A stretch of 64,000 nucleotides of DNA. Origin: Amphiscolops sp. MND2022. Lineage: Eukaryota. The notes beneath the pieces are model-generated. The model saw only the letters and a program-made list of their open reading frames with translations, was not told the DNA's origin and did no database searches. Below are positions 13,234 to 23,092 of this stretch, piece by piece. A program made the position numbers and the translations under genes. Numbering within the stretch: the first letter of the stretch is position 1; each line of letters opens with the position of its first letter. The DNA lies in NCBI GenBank assembly GCA_964187785.1, contig OZ076409.1, positions 25,732,001 through 25,796,000 on the forward strand, read 5' to 3'.

Positions 13234-14535
13234 TCAAGTGTTCGGTGGATGGAGTTTCACGTACATCGCCGCGTCGTCTGGTGGGCACGCTTTGCCGTCA
13301 GCTCGCTTTCCGCTTTTCCACTTCACTCTCTTCCACTGACTGCGCCAGCGACGTGCCCCATCTGATCTCAGTTGCAGCTGCGGCGGTTGTCCCATCTGTT
13401 GGACAGCATTCCATCTGCCATGCTTTCGGTGGGTCGGCCAACTCCGTCGTTGCAATCCCATTTGCTGACCTTCCGTTCTGCGCCTACAATGCTTCCTGTG
13501 GGGTACCCAGAATCGCCTTCTTTGGGTGAGAGCTGGGCGTTGGGGGATAGTTTCATCAAGGGTGTGGCAGCAATGTCGCTCCAGACTGCCTTTCGCTTCA
13601 GTACTTGGGAAGAAGCACTTCTCTTCTGCTTCGATGTCCGTCTCTGATCTGCCGGTTGCCTTGGTGACATCACAGACACTTTCAGTCAACATCTTGTGAA
13701 CACCATTGCCATGTACAAGGACTCCTTCCCATTCAAGAAGCTCAGACTATCCACCTCTATCTTGGTCTGCGTTTTCCACATCCAATTCTTCTAATAGAGC
13801 GTCGATGATTGTTTCGTCTTCGTCGGACAGTTTATGGGATTCATCAAGCTCTTCCATTTCTTTCAAAATCTCATCGAGCATTGCATGGTCAACGTCTTTC
13901 ACAGCGGAAGTTGCTGGATTCCAACGCTCCTCCATCAGTCTCTGGTGTTGATGTTCGACGACCAACACTTCTGTCAACTGCCCCTGTTCCCAGTTTATAT
14001 TTTCAACAACGGTCTCTCGACTCCGAACAAGCACTTCAAAGTCGTTCGTCAATGGAGAACACGTCATCACGGCTGTGTGAGGCGCACGCTTCCCTTCTGC
14101 ATCGAATCCCACAGCTGAGTCCTTGGGTTTTGCCAAAACTCGATCATCACTTGCATTTGCAGAAGTCGCCGCCTCGCAAAAGCAATTGTCCGGGAGCAAT
14201 ACAGCTTCCAATTCACGCTCGAAATCATGACTTCGTGTCGTCGTTATCGCCTCTCGCACCGTGCAGAATTGATCCACCTGCGACGCAAGTGTACCAGGTT
14301 GTCGAGCTAAGCCGTTTCTCGGACACAGTTTTTCACGGGCCACTCCTAATCTTTCCACGTGCATCTGTTCGTCTCGATACTGGTCACTGGCACCTCCGTG
14401 GCGTACTGCTTTTACAGCTAATCTCCCTGCTGCAGCTTTCACAATTGCCTTTGCCTGTTGTTGCGATAGGGTTTCTGTTGGTGCGGCCGGGAGAATTAAC
14501 TCCTGCGGTGGTCCCCCGGCCCTCACTAGTTTAAA
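13234..14535 (-). pseudogene. -1 frame ORF2 of element A (non-pol, ~430 codons, one internal TAG at 13747-13749)
   Basis: ORFs 13747..14595 and 13234..13692 are in the same frame, separated by one TAG; acidic helical middle, Arg/Trp-rich C-terminus; no D[ST]G, YxDD or integrase motif. Confidence 0.6.
14485..14535 (-). promoter_or_regulatory. -1 programmed ribosomal frameshift signal
   Basis: Minus strand U UUA AAC (14535-14529) in gag frame just before TAG, a 7-nt spacer, then stem GGCCGGGGGA / TCTCCCGGCC with a 17-nt loop. Confidence 0.75.
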
Positions 14536-15387
14536 TGACTGCGTCTTCGTGGGCATTTCCCTGCAATGTGTCCATCTACCCCTCACACATAACATCGAAC
14601 TGGCTTTTTCGATTGGGAGGCACCAATAAACTGCACTGGGGTCACCGTTTTGACAAATTGGGTCATCATATCTCTCAGACTGTTCATTTCATCAGTCAAT
14701 CTTTTCAGTTGCTGTTTCATCTTGTTCATCTCCGAGATGCTGTTCATTGTACCCGCCTCTTGAGTCATCCTGATTGCATCTACGCGCTTGTTGGGTCGGC
14801 TGTGTAGAGATTCGGCAATATTTTTTAAGGCAACCGCTCTATCAACTGTCTCCCTGAAGGTCCTGTTGTCTTCTCTTAGTAATACTTCGAGCAGCTCCGG
14901 ATTAGACAAACCTTCAACGAAACGCTCACGAAACAGTTCATCTCGTTGTTCAGCATCCACGTTGGCGTACACTAACATGGCGGTATTCCGCACTCTGCGC
15001 GCAAAGTCCCTGAGGCTCTCATTCCCTTTCTGCGCCACTGCTTCAAACTCACTTCTCCCCCTTCGGTCGTTTCGCAGCACACCCAAGGCTCTGTCCAAAT
15101 TTTCAAAGAGTGCCTGCAACGTGGGGACTGGTTCTCCGTTGACATGCTGTTTCAGCTCGGCCGGTGCAGCATGAAACTCATCTAGCGCATTCCCACTGAT
15201 ACAAACTGGAAGTGCATTAATAAATTGTATTTGGGTCCACCGGTTAGTCTCTGCCACTGCAACGAAGTGTAGTTTCCATTGGACCCAGTTTGGAAAGGCT
15301 TCAGAGGGGAATCGATCTGGTTTGAGGGCTCCATTGCTGAACATACGGTTCTGCTGATCGTTCAGCACCCTTCCAACGGCCTGCATG
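14526..15387 (-). pseudogene. gag: Gag of element A (main part), Ty3/Gypsy-type capsid plus CCHC knuckle
   Basis: QKGNESLRDFARRV...RERFVEGL retrotransposon-gag motif; knuckle C-Y-V-*-G-V-D-G-H-I-A-G-K-C with the second Cys as TGA (14583-14585); N-terminus at 23994-24031. Confidence 0.85.
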
Positions 15388-15392
15388 GCCAC

Positions 15393-16345
15393 TGTAGGCG
15401 CCAGTCAATTGCGAGATCAGAAACTCAAATTCGAACGTGACTGATGAAACTTACAACTCAAAACACTTAGAAACTTTGTCAAGATTTTAGTTGGAAATTT
15501 TACAAGTTTCACCAGAAATATGGCGTCACCAAAAAGGGCCACCCCCCCGTCCCGATAAACCACTCATTCAATCACCTTCAAACTTGGCACACGTATAGTA
15601 GTGGTGCTATCCTAACTTTTCACTAGAAACAACCAACCCCGTATCCCCCCTGGGTTCCGAGCTATTAACACCCAAAGTGACCTAGGTCGGACCCCATGAA
15701 TTACCCAATTTTGATATATTAATTATTATGTGATTTTCCTATATGACCTTGAAGGAAATTCATCTCTGTTGAAATTACTGATATTTACATTGTGTAAACA
15801 TACTTTCTAACCCACCTGACCAACATGCCAAAACCACCACATAGTTTGTTTACTTAGCCAATAACTTCATTTTATGCTTTAAATGTCATTTTATTTATAC
15901 CACATATTTCAACTGATATTTGCTTATATTTACTGTAGAACTGTAAACCATATGTATACCATTGTTAGATAGAGATTTTTTCCACTGAATAGCTATAGTC
16001 AAGTTGGGTCTTAGGACCAAGAGACTAATTAATCAACTTCTCAATCTTCACAACTTTTCGCTAGAGTCAGAGCGACTAAGTAGCTACTCTCATAGTTGGA
16101 GAGCCGGAGCGCGTGAAGATACCGTGAGGGAAGTGTGTTACGGATCACATCGGATCCAAATCAGTGCAAAGAGGAATCGCAGGAGATTCCACGGGTCACA
16201 TCGGACCCACCAGTCTAAAGATACAGTCCTTTAAAACAAGAAAACCAGGATTTGTTTAGTGACGGTCCACAGCACTAAGCAACGGATCAGGGCGGCGTAA
16301 AGCTTGTCAAGCCTCAGCGCAGGATAAAGGCAAGCAGCCGTTACA
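15393..16345 (+). repeat. 5' LTR of element B
   Basis: Direct repeat of 23041-23993, about 11 substitutions by eye. Confidence 0.95.
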
Positions 16346-16347
16346 TT

Positions 16348-16364
16348 TGGTCCGCCGACCCGGA
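16348..16364 (+). promoter_or_regulatory. Primer binding site of element B (tRNA-Tyr-like)
   Basis: TGGTCCGCCGACCCGGA, 2 nt after the LTR; resembles the TGGTCCTTCGAGCCGGA tRNA-Tyr PBS common in BEL/Pao. The tRNA identity is inferred. Confidence 0.75.
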
Positions 16365-16463
16365 CAACTCTTTGGTGGACGACCCGGACTAGAAGAAGAC
16401 GACTCGTTGGTGGACAACTGAGAAGATTGCCCAAGAAGAACAAGTGTCTGGATCTTGGAGTCT

Positions 16464-16663
16464 CTACTGTGTCTCTGGGAGATTGGGCTACTGTGTCTCT
16501 GGGAGATTGGGCTATTGTGTCTCTGGGAGATTGGGCTATTGTGTCTCTGGGAGCTTGGGCTATTGTGTCTCTGGGAGATTGGGCTATTGTGTCTCTGGGA
16601 GATTGGGCTTTTGTGTCTCTTGGATATTGGGCTATTGTGTCTCTGGGAGATTGGGCTATTGTG
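16464..16663 (+). repeat. 24-bp minisatellite, ~8 copies, in the leader of element B
   Basis: Unit CTATTGTGTCTCTGGGAGATTGGG. Confidence 0.95.
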
Positions 16664-16697
16664 ACTTTGGAACTAAACTCAATCGACAAGAGAAGAG

Positions 16698-19600
16698 ATG
16701 GCAGAACCAAAACGGTTCGATATCAACAAAATCGAAAACTTTCTGAAGAACTCTGCTGACAAAGCCCAAACGTTGAGTTATTGGAATGCAGCTGTCGAAC
16801 ACGGTAAGACTGTTAAAGAAATTGATGAGAACCTAACTAGCAATGTTGACGACAAGAAGATAGCAGATTTACTGCTAAGACGAACAGATTCCATGAACAG
16901 GAGGGATCGGCTCATTAAGGCAGTCGAAAATGCGATCAAAGTCAAGTATCAACCGCAGATACCCGAAATCTTCTCAACAGTGAACAAAGAAATGCAGAGC
17001 CGATTGGCTGAGTTGCAGCAGCAAAGCTCTAGCATTGGAAGGGTACAAATGCTGATGTCAGCATTGCAAGACGAAAATCAGATACTAAATTACTTGGATC
17101 TTGACGAAAAGAAACGTGCTATTGATAGACTAATGGATAGCAACAAAAAGTTGCGGGAAGATTCAATCGCAAATGGCAAAGTTGTCGACGAAGAAGATTA
17201 TGCTGCAGCATGTCAAGAATTGCTGCAGAAACGGTCTGACATTAAAACGAAGATTGAAGATCTGCTGAAGACAGGAGAAGGAGGAGCCATTTTGCGAAGT
17301 CTTGAAGACGCTGAACAAAGACTAGCAGACGCTCGGGTAAACTCAGCAGCAGACAAATCCAGTAAAAATGGTACCTCACCACAAAAGGAACCACAATCAG
17401 ACAATGAGCAAAAAAGACATGATGATGGCCATAACGCAGATGACAGACAAGAGCCAAGAAATGGAGCTAGTTCATTGCCAATAGACGAATTGAGCATACA
17501 TTCGCGAAGTAAAAGAACCAAAAGCAACAAAACGTCTGTGATTTCAAAAACATCTAGTGCACGACGATTTCTCGATTTGGAGCTGAAATCTTTGAAAGAG
17601 CAAGAAGAACTTCAAACCCGCCTAGAGAAACTGAGACGTGAAGCAAACGAAGTTAAGATAGCTAGCTTGCAAGATGAGATGGTTAGCTTGCAAGAGGAGA
17701 TGGCCCGCAAAGCCAAAATTGCTGAAAAGGAACTACAAATGGCGCAAGTGTCGAGTGGTGATGGGTCTAGCTTCCGAAGTATCTCACCAGTCGGGACTCC
17801 AGATGACAATCTGACGAAAGTCTCAGGATGGATGGACAAGACAGAAGAAGCTGAAAACGTGGCATCGCAGATTAACGTGCTATCTGTATACCAGCAAACG
17901 TCCATCTCAGCACCAGTGATTTCAGTACGATCAAGTCATGGAGGACAAGGCTCCGCGCAAGTGAGGGATTTGAAGTCCTCATTGAAACCAGTCATGTCCA
18001 CAGAGACCGCTGTGCGAGATATTGGAAAGGACAGAACAAAGACTGTCATAGATGTTGGCAGTCAAAGAGCAACAGAACAACCAGAAGTGAAATTCGCCTC
18101 ATCGAAGCCGTCGATGACTCTCGGTGCAGACCTGAATCGGTTACCGCCTACGTTTGGAGGCATTCCGAGTAGTGCATTTCAAGTACCACAGCTTGAGAAC
18201 ACACAGAAGCAGTATATGCCAAGTCAAGGGCCAAACATAGTGTCAAATGCGAGAGATGACTACTACATCAGATCTAGCTTGCCAAAACTGAAGCTGGCAG
18301 AGTTTTCCGGTGACCCATTGGAGTGGCCAGAGTGGTCACAACTCTTTCAAGCAACCGTCCACGCAGCCAATATGGATGACAGTGTAAAGATGAATCACCT
18401 GAAAACCATGGTCACAGGCAAAGCCAAGGAGGCGATTGCTGGCCTTGGGTACACTGCTGAGATGTACAATGTGGCGTGGAACGTTCTAGTTCGAAACTTT
18501 GGAAAACCCCAAATGGTTGTGAACGCCCAGTTGAAGCGAATCTATTCCTTTCCCCCTATGAAACCTTATGATGGAGCTGCATTGATTAAGTTTGCGAGTA
18601 TAGTGTCGAGTTGTGTGAACGTTCTGACACAATTCAACTACGTGGGAGACCTAAACTCAGAAGGAGTTTTAGGCAGTGCCACAAGGAAGTTAACATTGGA
18701 CATGAAAACGAAGTGGCTCACTTATGTGAAGCAAATGAACCTGTATCAACCCGGACTCTCCGTGTTCAGTGAATGGCTCAATGATATAGCAGATGTTCAA
18801 GACGAATTGCTCTTGTCTTCAAACCCGAATGCTGATCGCGCGAAGTCGAACTACAAGGAAAAGACCAAAGGCTCCACGTTTGCCACATCAACAACAAACA
18901 CAGCCAGTGACAACTCGAAATACCAGCGACAGTGTGCGCTGAAAGATGGCAAACATCCCATATGGAAATGTGAGAAGTTCAAGAAGATGAACGTCGAAGA
19001 AAGAGGACAAAAGGCGAAAGAGTTGAAATTGTGCTTCAAATGTTTGTCAGACGCGCATCAGATGAGAAATTGCTCTGGTAGACTCTGCGACGTAAGTGGT
19101 TGCGGAAAACCTCATCACAGATTGCTTGACAGACCATACAAGAACGTGGAACAAAAGCAAAATGTTGAAAATGTCGAAGAGGTCTCCAATTTGTCATCAA
19201 TGAAAAGCAGTGGAGTGCTTCCAGTAATTCCAGTAACGATAGGGAGTGAGAGCAAAGCTCTGAAAACGTTCGCTTTGTGCGACTCTGGAGCAAGCCTGTC
19301 CTTTGTGGACGAGAGCCTTATGAAAACGCTAAATCTGACGGGACAGCCAGTGGATTTGAATGTTGCAGGGATTCATGGAACGTCAGATATTAGTAGCAAA
19401 CGACTTCGAGTCAGGATTGGAGATCAGGACGGAAAAGTCAAAGAAGATATCATGGCATATAGTCATCCCAACGTGAATGCAGGAAATCGAACTTACAACC
19501 TCAAGAAATTAAAAGAGACATATCCTCACCTGTCAGTATTGAGGGAGTCTACCATCAACTTGGGAGAAGTGAATGTCATCTTGGGCCAAGATTGCTACCA

Positions 19601-21605
19601 CTTGCATAGAGCAATCGACTATAGAAAGTGTGGAAACGCAAAGCCCTGGGCAGTGCGAACGAAGCTGGGATGGATGCTCAGTGGACCCTTGCCTCAGCAA
19701 GAGACTGCGAAGCTTGCTACTGAAAGCTTAGTCGCTGCAGAAGTGGACCCATTAGCGGATCAAGTGAAAACTTGGTGGAGCATGGAATCGTATGCTTCCA
19801 ACTGCAGCGCATCCGGAAGGTCCAAAGAGGATGACAAAGCCCTCGAAATGCTCAAGGCAACCACAAAGTTCGATGGAGAGAGGTATGAGGTCGGGCTACT
19901 TTGGAAAAATGCAAAGCCGTATTTGCCGAACAACTACAGTTCAGCAGTAAGTCAATTGAAGTCTCTCGAGCGCCGACTGGAAAAGGATGAGAGCTTGAAA
20001 CAACGCTACAAAGAGACAATTGACGTGGATGTACAAAAGGGGTTTGTGAGAGTTCTGGACGAAGCAGAGCTTGAAAACACTAATTCAGACCTTCAGTGGT
20101 ATGTTCCGCATCTCCCTGTGCTGAACCCGAACAAGCCGGATAAAGTGAGACGAGTGTGCAACGCTGCCTCAAAGTTCGGAGGTGTGTCGCTGAATGATAA
20201 CTTGATGGCCGGTCCAGACCTCCTACAATCGCTGATAGGAATTATCTTCAGATTCAGGGAAAAGGAAATCGCCCTGACAGCAGACGTCGAAGCAATGTTT
20301 CTCCAAGTGAAAGTACCCCCTACTGATTGCAGAGTACTGAGATTTTTGTGGAGAGAAAACCACACTGACCCTATCTCTGTGTATGAATATGGAAGACACA
20401 TTTTTGGAGCTAAGAGTTCGCCAACATGTGTCAACTACGTTTTGCAACAAGTCGGACGAGACAGCAGAGATGACAATGGGATGGTTGCAAAGTTGATCAA
20501 CAGAAACTTCTATATGGACGATTTTGTGAAGTCAGTAGCTTCGAGGGAAGAAGCTGTGGAAGTGTATAATGGCTTGCGAAAATCCTTAGCGGATCGTGGC
20601 TTTCAACTAACGAAATGGATCTGCAACTCAGAGAAAGTAATGGAAGAAATTCCTTCTGAAGATAGATCAGACACGCTAAGTAAAACATTCGAAGCTGAAC
20701 CCTTGGCACCCTCTATCTTGGGACTCCAGTGGAATGTGGAGTCAGACAGTCTTGAGATTTGCCGCGGTACGGGAAAAGAGGTGCCTGTCAAGATCACTCA
20801 GAGAATTGTTCTATCTCACGTATCCCCTGTGTTTGACCCGTTGGGATTGTTTTCCCCCTTCACAGTGAGAATGAGATTGTTGCTCAAAGGAATATGGAAG
20901 AAGCATGGGCAATCGTGGGACGAACAAGTTTCTCCAGAAGACGAGATTGCTTTCAAGGATTGGGCATCGGAGTTGAGTCAAATGAATGAAATGGCTATCA
21001 AAAGAAAATATCTATCGAAAAATGCTGAAGTAGTGGACTTGCATATTTTTGCCGATGCATCCCTGGAAGCCATGTGCATAGTTGATAACTTTCGAGATCA
21101 ACAAACTGGAGAGCTTGCCTATGTGGTAGGGAAATGCCGAGTAGCGCCAATGAAGCAACAATCAATTCCCCGACTAGAGCTACAAGCAGCTATGTATGGA
21201 ACCCGATTAAAACAACTGATCGTAGACGAACACGACATTCAAGTTGAACGAACTTTCTTTTGGACGGATTTGACAACCGTTTTGCAATGGTTGCATGGAG
21301 CTGACAAGAAACAACCGGTGTTTGTAGCGAATAGAGTCGCTGAAATCCTTGACAGTTCAACTATTGATCAGTGGAGACATGTCGAAGGAACCTTAAACCC
21401 TGCCGACATTGGAACAAGAGGAAAATCCGTCCACGAATTAGAAAAGAGCGAGTGGTTCACAGGGCCGGCATGGCTTCAAGAAAAGGAAGATGCTTGGCCA
21501 CAAACTTCACCACAGTTGTTTCAGCGGAAAACAGAGGACATAGAGCAAGTCTTTGAAGTTGTGTCAGAAGAAAAGAACATTGATTCGGTTCGTTCAGACA
21601 AATGA
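16698..21605 (+). CDS. BEL/Pao Gag-Pol polyprotein (gag, Cys/His knuckles, aspartic protease, RT, RNase H)
   Basis: 1635 aa; FSGDPLEWPEW gag region, CFKCLSDAHQMRNC and CGKPHHRLL knuckles, ALCDSGAS protease, NFYMDDF RT, LHIFADAS...IPRLELQAA...NPADIGTRG RNase H. Confidence 0.95.
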   Translation: MAEPKRFDINKIENFLKNSADKAQTLSYWNAAVEHGKTVKEIDENLTSNVDDKKIADLLLRRTDSMNRRDRLIKAVENAIKVKYQPQIPEIFSTVNKEMQSRLAELQQQSSSIGRVQMLMSALQDENQILNYLDLDEKKRAIDRLMDSNKKLREDSIANGKVVDEEDYAAACQELLQKRSDIKTKIEDLLKTGEGGAILRSLEDAEQRLADARVNSAADKSSKNGTSPQKEPQSDNEQKRHDDGHNADDRQEPRNGASSLPIDELSIHSRSKRTKSNKTSVISKTSSARRFLDLELKSLKEQEELQTRLEKLRREANEVKIASLQDEMVSLQEEMARKAKIAEKELQMAQVSSGDGSSFRSISPVGTPDDNLTKVSGWMDKTEEAENVASQINVLSVYQQTSISAPVISVRSSHGGQGSAQVRDLKSSLKPVMSTETAVRDIGKDRTKTVIDVGSQRATEQPEVKFASSKPSMTLGADLNRLPPTFGGIPSSAFQVPQLENTQKQYMPSQGPNIVSNARDDYYIRSSLPKLKLAEFSGDPLEWPEWSQLFQATVHAANMDDSVKMNHLKTMVTGKAKEAIAGLGYTAEMYNVAWNVLVRNFGKPQMVVNAQLKRIYSFPPMKPYDGAALIKFASIVSSCVNVLTQFNYVGDLNSEGVLGSATRKLTLDMKTKWLTYVKQMNLYQPGLSVFSEWLNDIADVQDELLLSSNPNADRAKSNYKEKTKGSTFATSTTNTASDNSKYQRQCALKDGKHPIWKCEKFKKMNVEERGQKAKELKLCFKCLSDAHQMRNCSGRLCDVSGCGKPHHRLLDRPYKNVEQKQNVENVEEVSNLSSMKSSGVLPVIPVTIGSESKALKTFALCDSGASLSFVDESLMKTLNLTGQPVDLNVAGIHGTSDISSKRLRVRIGDQDGKVKEDIMAYSHPNVNAGNRTYNLKKLKETYPHLSVLRESTINLGEVNVILGQDCYHLHRAIDYRKCGNAKPWAVRTKLGWMLSGPLPQQETAKLATESLVAAEVDPLADQVKTWWSMESYASNCSASGRSKEDDKALEMLKATTKFDGERYEVGLLWKNAKPYLPNNYSSAVSQLKSLERRLEKDESLKQRYKETIDVDVQKGFVRVLDEAELENTNSDLQWYVPHLPVLNPNKPDKVRRVCNAASKFGGVSLNDNLMAGPDLLQSLIGIIFRFREKEIALTADVEAMFLQVKVPPTDCRVLRFLWRENHTDPISVYEYGRHIFGAKSSPTCVNYVLQQVGRDSRDDNGMVAKLINRNFYMDDFVKSVASREEAVEVYNGLRKSLADRGFQLTKWICNSEKVMEEIPSEDRSDTLSKTFEAEPLAPSILGLQWNVESDSLEICRGTGKEVPVKITQRIVLSHVSPVFDPLGLFSPFTVRMRLLLKGIWKKHGQSWDEQVSPEDEIAFKDWASELSQMNEMAIKRKYLSKNAEVVDLHIFADASLEAMCIVDNFRDQQTGELAYVVGKCRVAPMKQQSIPRLELQAAMYGTRLKQLIVDEHDIQVERTFFWTDLTTVLQWLHGADKKQPVFVANRVAEILDSSTIDQWRHVEGTLNPADIGTRGKSVHELEKSEWFTGPAWLQEKEDAWPQTSPQLFQRKTEDIEQVFEVVSEEKNIDSVRSDK

Positions 21606-23092
21606 CGCAAATCTTCGCCTATTGCCTTCGGTTCAAATCAAAAATCAAAGGAAAGGTGGTGATAACAGAAGAATTGCAACAAGTGATCCGACTGTTACTG
21701 AGGAAGAGCCAGATTGAAAGTTTTGGTCCAACTTATCAAGTATTGGCAGCAGGTAAACCCATGGCTGCATCTGATCACTTGAACAAACTGTCACCATTTA
21801 TGGACAATCAGCTAATGCGATTAAAAGGACGACTGCGTCATGCTGATGCGAGTTATGAAATGAAACATCCTATTTTGCTATATGCGAAGCATCCAATAGT
21901 GAGGAAATTGATTGAAGATGCGCATGAAAATAACTATCACGAAGGAACAGAGTATGTTCGCAGCATTTTGCAGCAAAATTATTGGATAATTGGACTCCGA
22001 AACGCGCTTAGAAATGTGAAGCTGAAGTGTGTTAAGTGTAGAAAGCAACAAGTCGGAGGAGTTCAACCTTTCATGGCAGACCTACCTAAAGAAAGATTGG
22101 AAGAAAGAGTTTTCCCATTTGCCAACACTGGAGTAGATTATTTTGGACCATTCGAAGTGAGATTCATGAGGAAATCAATGAAACGATGGTGTTGTCTATT
22201 CACATGTTTGACAACAAGAGCTGTGCATGTTGAAGTTGTGCCCAGCCTGGAAGCCAACGCATGTCTTGCTGCAATTACGAGATTCATCGCAAGAAGAGGA
22301 AAACCGAATATCATTCTAAGTGATAATGGAACAAATTTTGTGGGTGCAGCGAGAGAAATGCGAGAATGGATAGAAGCTTGGAATCAATCAGACATTGAGC
22401 AGTCTTTGGCTCAAAAGCAAATAAAATGGAAGTTCAACCCCCCAGGAGCTCCTCATTTTGGAGGTGTTTGGGAGCGAATGGTCAGAAGCTGCAAGAAAAC
22501 TATGATGACAATTGTAGGAAACAGAACACTGACAGATGATGTATTATCCACAACAATGTGTCTAGTCGAGCAAATATTGAATTCGAGACCTCTGACTAGT
22601 GTCAGTGATGATCCTGAAGATTTGGAAGCCTTGACCCCAAATCACTTCCTGCTAGGACGTGCAAGTCCAGCAACCCCATTTATTCCTGACGCTCAGCGAT
22701 ATACCGATCTGAGAGAAGTATTCAGAGTATCACAAGCATACACAGACATGATTTGGAGCAGATGGAATAGAGAATATTTACCACAATGGAATGAGAGATC
22801 TAAATGGAATAAAGAAGAAGTTAGACAACTGGAAGTCAATGATTTGGTTTGGATAGTGGATGAGAATCTAAAAAGAGCACACTACAAGATGGGTAGAGTG
22901 TTGGAAGTCTACCATGGAAGCGATGGGCGAGTGAGATCAGCGCTGGTGAAAACAGAAGATGGAAAACTCAAAAGACCAGTAGTGAAACTGGCACCCATGT
23001 TCTACGAAAGTGTTTTTCGGGAGAAAAACAGGGCTGGCAATGTAGGCGCCAGTCAATTGCGAGATCAGAAACTCAAATTCGAACGTGACTGA
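21584..23092 (+). CDS. BEL/Pao integrase, out of frame with the upstream pol
   Basis: H..H..CVKC zinc domain, GVDYFGP, SDNGTNF, GGVWERMV; frame opens FGSFRQMTQIFAYCLRF; ends 52 nt inside the 3' LTR. Confidence 0.9.
   Translation, partial: FGSFRQMTQIFAYCLRFKSKIKGKVVITEELQQVIRLLLRKSQIESFGPTYQVLAAGKPMAASDHLNKLSPFMDNQLMRLKGRLRHADASYEMKHPILLYAKHPIVRKLIEDAHENNYHEGTEYVRSILQQNYWIIGLRNALRNVKLKCVKCRKQQVGGVQPFMADLPKERLEERVFPFANTGVDYFGPFEVRFMRKSMKRWCCLFTCLTTRAVHVEVVPSLEANACLAAITRFIARRGKPNIILSDNGTNFVGAAREMREWIEAWNQSDIEQSLAQKQIKWKFNPPGAPHFGGVWERMVRSCKKTMMTIVGNRTLTDDVLSTTMCLVEQILNSRPLTSVSDDPEDLEALTPNHFLLGRASPATPFIPDAQRYTDLREVFRVSQAYTDMIWSRWNREYLPQWNERSKWNKEEVRQLEVNDLVWIVDENLKRAHYKMGRVLEVYHGSDGRVRSALVKTEDGKLKRPVVKLAPMFYESVFREKNRAGNVGASQLRDQKLKFERD

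Noticed and set aside
14583..14585. TGA replacing a zinc-knuckle Cys read as selenocysteine or programmed readthrough
   Set aside because: A single TGY>TGA change in a gag already disrupted by insertion B is simpler, and no SECIS element was recognised.
13218..15174. Overlapping plus-strand ORFs
   Set aside because: Antisense shadows of the GC-richer gag and ORF2 frames.
15388..15397. GCCACTGTAG occurs at both the B junction and the A PBS/LTR junction (24113-24122)
   Set aside because: Largely explained by the shared TGTAG LTR starts and the PBS CCA; probably chance.
16464..16663. CRISPR-like array
   Set aside because: The units are contiguous with no unique spacers, and the context is a eukaryotic retrotransposon.
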